Shown here: positions 61,324 through 64,000 of the stretch, piece by piece
How the letters are laid out: the number at the start of each line of letters is the position of its first letter
Numbering within the stretch: the first letter of the stretch is position 1
Program-made: the position numbers and the translations under genes
Assembly (NCBI GenBank): GCA_020348925.1
Contig: CP070758.1
Coordinates: 4,773,775-4,837,774, forward strand
Length of the DNA stretch: 64,000 bases
DNA from: Gemmatimonadota bacterium
Lineage (GTDB): Bacteria; JBHIER01; G020348925
Direction: 5' to 3'
The notes under the pieces: generated by a model
Databases searched by the model: none
The model's input: only the letters and a program-made list of their open reading frames with translations
Told to the model about the DNA's origin: nothing

Positions 61324-64000
61324 ATGAGAGAGAAAACAGTATTGATGGGAAAAATTGCCCTTATTACTTTTGTACTCCTAGTTTGGGTTTTCTTCAGTAT
61401 CACTTTTGCTCAACAATGGACAAGATATTCAACAGAAGATGAGCTTATTGGAAATTCAATATGTTTCATCAATGAAGATCATAAGGGTTATCTTTGGTTT
61501 ACAACGCGGTTTAGTGGGGCAACAAGGTATGATGGTGTCCGTTTTCAAAGGCTGAACATCACGGATGGTTTAGCCAGCAACAATGTATATTATACACTGG
61601 CTGATAAACAGGGCAATCTGTGGTTTGCGACTGACCGTGGCGTCAGCAAATACGATGGGAGAACATTTCAAAATTATGACACTACCAAGGGCATCACGAG
61701 TAATTATGTCAGTTTTATACTTGAAGATATGGGAGGTAATTTCTGGTTTGGGACGGATCACGGAGTGACCAAGTACGATGGAAGAAAATTCCAGAATTAT
61801 GATTGTAATGATGGTTTAGCTGACGATGATATAAAATTCATACTTGAGGATCGCGAGGGTAACCTCTGGTTCGGGACGGCTAAAGGGGTCAGCATTTACA
61901 ATCGGGATACGTTTCAACCACTGGCAACGACCTATCTTTCTAATCCCATAGAAGCTATATTTGAAGATAGGGACGGTAATGTATGGTTCGGAACAGAACG
62001 GGGTATCTACAAAAAAGCCGTCGAGAGCCTAAGAATAGATGGCCCGTTATTTGAGGCGAGCGTCTCACGGAGGATATTGCAGGACAGAAATGGAAGTCTC
62101 TGGTTCGCTTCTCATGATAAGGGGGCTGTTGAATTTGACCCGCAAAAGAAGAGCTTTATTCTACATAATGACTTGAGAGACCGTGGTATTCTTTGGTTGT
62201 TGGAGGACAGTAGGGGATTTCTTTGGTATGGTACGAATAAGGGCATTAGTCTGTATGATGGGAGAGAGTTTCAGCATTTCACGAGAATAAACGGCTTAGA
62301 CTTGAACTACGTCCAAGATATTTTAGAAGATAGTGATGAGAATCTATGGTTTGGCACAGAAAATGGTGTTTTCAAATATACCGTAGAAAGCTTCAGACAA
62401 TATACAGAAGTTGATGGAATGGTTGATAACTCTGTTGGGATCTGCATTGAGGATAGAAGCGGTAATATATGGTTTGGCACGAAAAATGGTGTAAGTAAAT
62501 TTGATGGTTCTATTTTTCGAAATTTCACAATACATGACGGATTACCAGATAACAACATATTATCAATTTCGGAGGACACGAAGGGAAATCTCTGGTTTGG
62601 GACTACGTCTGGGGCTAGCATGAATTTACAAACTTTTAAAGGAATAGACTGTCTTGGGAATACTGCTGTAAGAGAAATCCTGGAAGACAGAAAAGGTAAT
62701 GTGTGGTTTGCCACGGCAGAGGGCATATGCAGGTATGACGGAATAAGTTTTCAAGCTTTTCCCATAGAGAGCGGGCGCGAAATGATCATAGATAGTCGAG
62801 ATAGGGTGTGGATCGGCAGCCTGAATTCTGGACTCTTCATACATGATGGTAAGGAGAAACTGGAATCCTTTACTGTTGAACATGGGTTAGCGAGTAATAA
62901 TATCACTTGGATTCTCGAATCTTACGATGGCAATCTTTGGTTTGGACTGAAGGGTGATGTTTTTCCAAACGAGTTTGAAAAGCCTTTCCAGGGGGGCCTC
63001 TGTTACTATGATGGGCAGAGCTTCAAGACGTTTACTACTGAAGACGGGCTTTCGAGCATTCTCTTAACAGCAGCGGTAGAGGATAGAAAGGGGAATCTTT
63101 GGATAGGTACTTCCGATAAAGGAGCTACAAAATGTCATAGCCGTCCAATCGAAGGAGAATTCCGTTTTGAGACGATAGCAAAAGCTCAAGGTTTACTGAG
63201 TGATTACATTACTACAATTTACTCTGATCGATTCGGAAATCTATGGTTTGGCACTGAAAAAGGTGTCAGCAAATATGATGGAGAAAACTTTCAGAACATC
63301 TTTTTAACAAATTATCTTAGTTTTGGTTACATCGAAAATATTTTTGAAGATAGCAAAGGCTCGATGTGGTTTATGACAACGAGAGATGGTGCGATTCGAT
63401 ATCTGCCTCCCAGCAGTGAAGTTCGTCCACGTGTCCACGTTGTGGGAATAGAAGCCGATACGTTTTATACAAATGTTGATGAGATTAAAGTGCCCACGAG
63501 TGCAAGCTCTATAACATTTGAATATAAAGGCATCAGTTTTAGGACAAAGCCGGGAAGAATGCGGTATACTTATAAGTTGGAAGGACAGGACTCGGATTGG
63601 CACCTCCCTGTTCTTGAAACAAAATCTGTCTACAGGAATCTCAGACCGGGAACATATGAATTCAGTGTTCAAGCTATTGATGAGGATTTACACTACTCTG
63701 AGCCACCTGCATCAGTAAAAGTTCATATATACCAACCCTTTGTTAGAACAATATACTTTTGCCTCATGATTGGTTTCTGTGGAATTTGCCTGACAGGTGG
63801 GGCGATCTATATGGTCGTTCAATTGAGGAAGCAGCGTCGTATTGCTAACCTGTATCAAGAGAAACTACATAAGCAACAAGAGGCTGAACGAGTTCAGACC
63901 GCAAAGATGACATCATTACGCCAGTTTGTCGCTGGTGTTGCACATGAGATAAATAATCCAATTGGAGTTATCCTGAGCAGCAACGATGTCTCAAGTAGAG
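61324..64000 (+). CDS. Sensor histidine kinase with Reg_prop beta-propeller repeats and Y_Y_Y domain (3' partial)
   Basis: Manual translation from ATG 61324: signal peptide, many EDxxGNLWFGT repeats, YKLEG.DSDW...YRNLRPGTYEFSVQA, TM helix, H-box AGVAHEINNP; runs off the window (absent from ORF track). Confidence 0.9.
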   Translation, partial: MREKTVLMGKIALITFVLLVWVFFSITFAQQWTRYSTEDELIGNSICFINEDHKGYLWFTTRFSGATRYDGVRFQRLNITDGLASNNVYYTLADKQGNLWFATDRGVSKYDGRTFQNYDTTKGITSNYVSFILEDMGGNFWFGTDHGVTKYDGRKFQNYDCNDGLADDDIKFILEDREGNLWFGTAKGVSIYNRDTFQPLATTYLSNPIEAIFEDRDGNVWFGTERGIYKKAVESLRIDGPLFEASVSRRILQDRNGSLWFASHDKGAVEFDPQKKSFILHNDLRDRGILWLLEDSRGFLWYGTNKGISLYDGREFQHFTRINGLDLNYVQDILEDSDENLWFGTENGVFKYTVESFRQYTEVDGMVDNSVGICIEDRSGNIWFGTKNGVSKFDGSIFRNFTIHDGLPDNNILSISEDTKGNLWFGTTSGASMNLQTFKGIDCLGNTAVREILEDRKGNVWFATAEGICRYDGISFQAFPIESGREMIIDSRDRVWIGSLNSGLFIHDGKEKLESFTVEHGLASNNITWILESYDGNLWFGLKGDVFPNEFEKPFQGGLCYYDGQSFKTFTTEDGLSSILLTAAVEDRKGNLWIGTSDKGATKCHSRPIEGEFRFETIAKAQGLLSDYITTIYSDRFGNLWFGTEKGVSKYDGENFQNIFLTNYLSFGYIENIFEDSKGSMWFMTTRDGAIRYLPPSSEVRPRVHVVGIEADTFYTNVDEIKVPTSASSITFEYKGISFRTKPGRMRYTYKLEGQDSDWHLPVLETKSVYRNLRPGTYEFSVQAIDEDLHYSEPPASVKVHIYQPFVRTIYFCLMIGFCGICLTGGAIYMVVQLRKQRRIANLYQEKLHKQQEAERVQTAKMTSLRQFVAGVAHEINNPIGVILSSNDVSSR

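Overview
This window joins six unrelated contigs separated by 100-N spacers (2047-2146, 8451-8550, 12360-12459, 20347-20446, 53341-53440), probably from a metagenome-assembled diderm bacterium. The many secreted proteins with FlgD/T9SS-like, dockerin and FG-GAP domains suggest an FCB-superphylum candidate lineage (inference). The core segment carries prfB (programmed frameshift)-lysS-lolC/E-lolD-mcsA-mcsB-[inserted FG-GAP gene]-clpC-bamA-skp, then smpB-amidase-murI-rph-rdgB, an STT3/AglB-like oligosaccharyltransferase, tRNA-Pro(UGG), tRNA-Leu(CAG), and an MrfA/MrfB-like repair pair with a divergent MBL nuclease. Two signals stand out, and the ORF track misses both. (1) Two tandem secreted Omp28-like (thioredoxin-fold) dockerin proteins each have an in-frame TGA at codon 39 in a U-x-x-C motif, followed by an identical SECIS-like hairpin. 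They are candidate exported selenoproteins in an operon with a DUF6029-like beta-barrel. (2) A family of long, mutually homologous, structured 5' leader RNAs lies upstream of secreted-protein and regulator genes, with a sigma70 promoter, covarying hairpins and, in two copies, an internal terminator. All family assignments are by motif recognition only; no searches were run.
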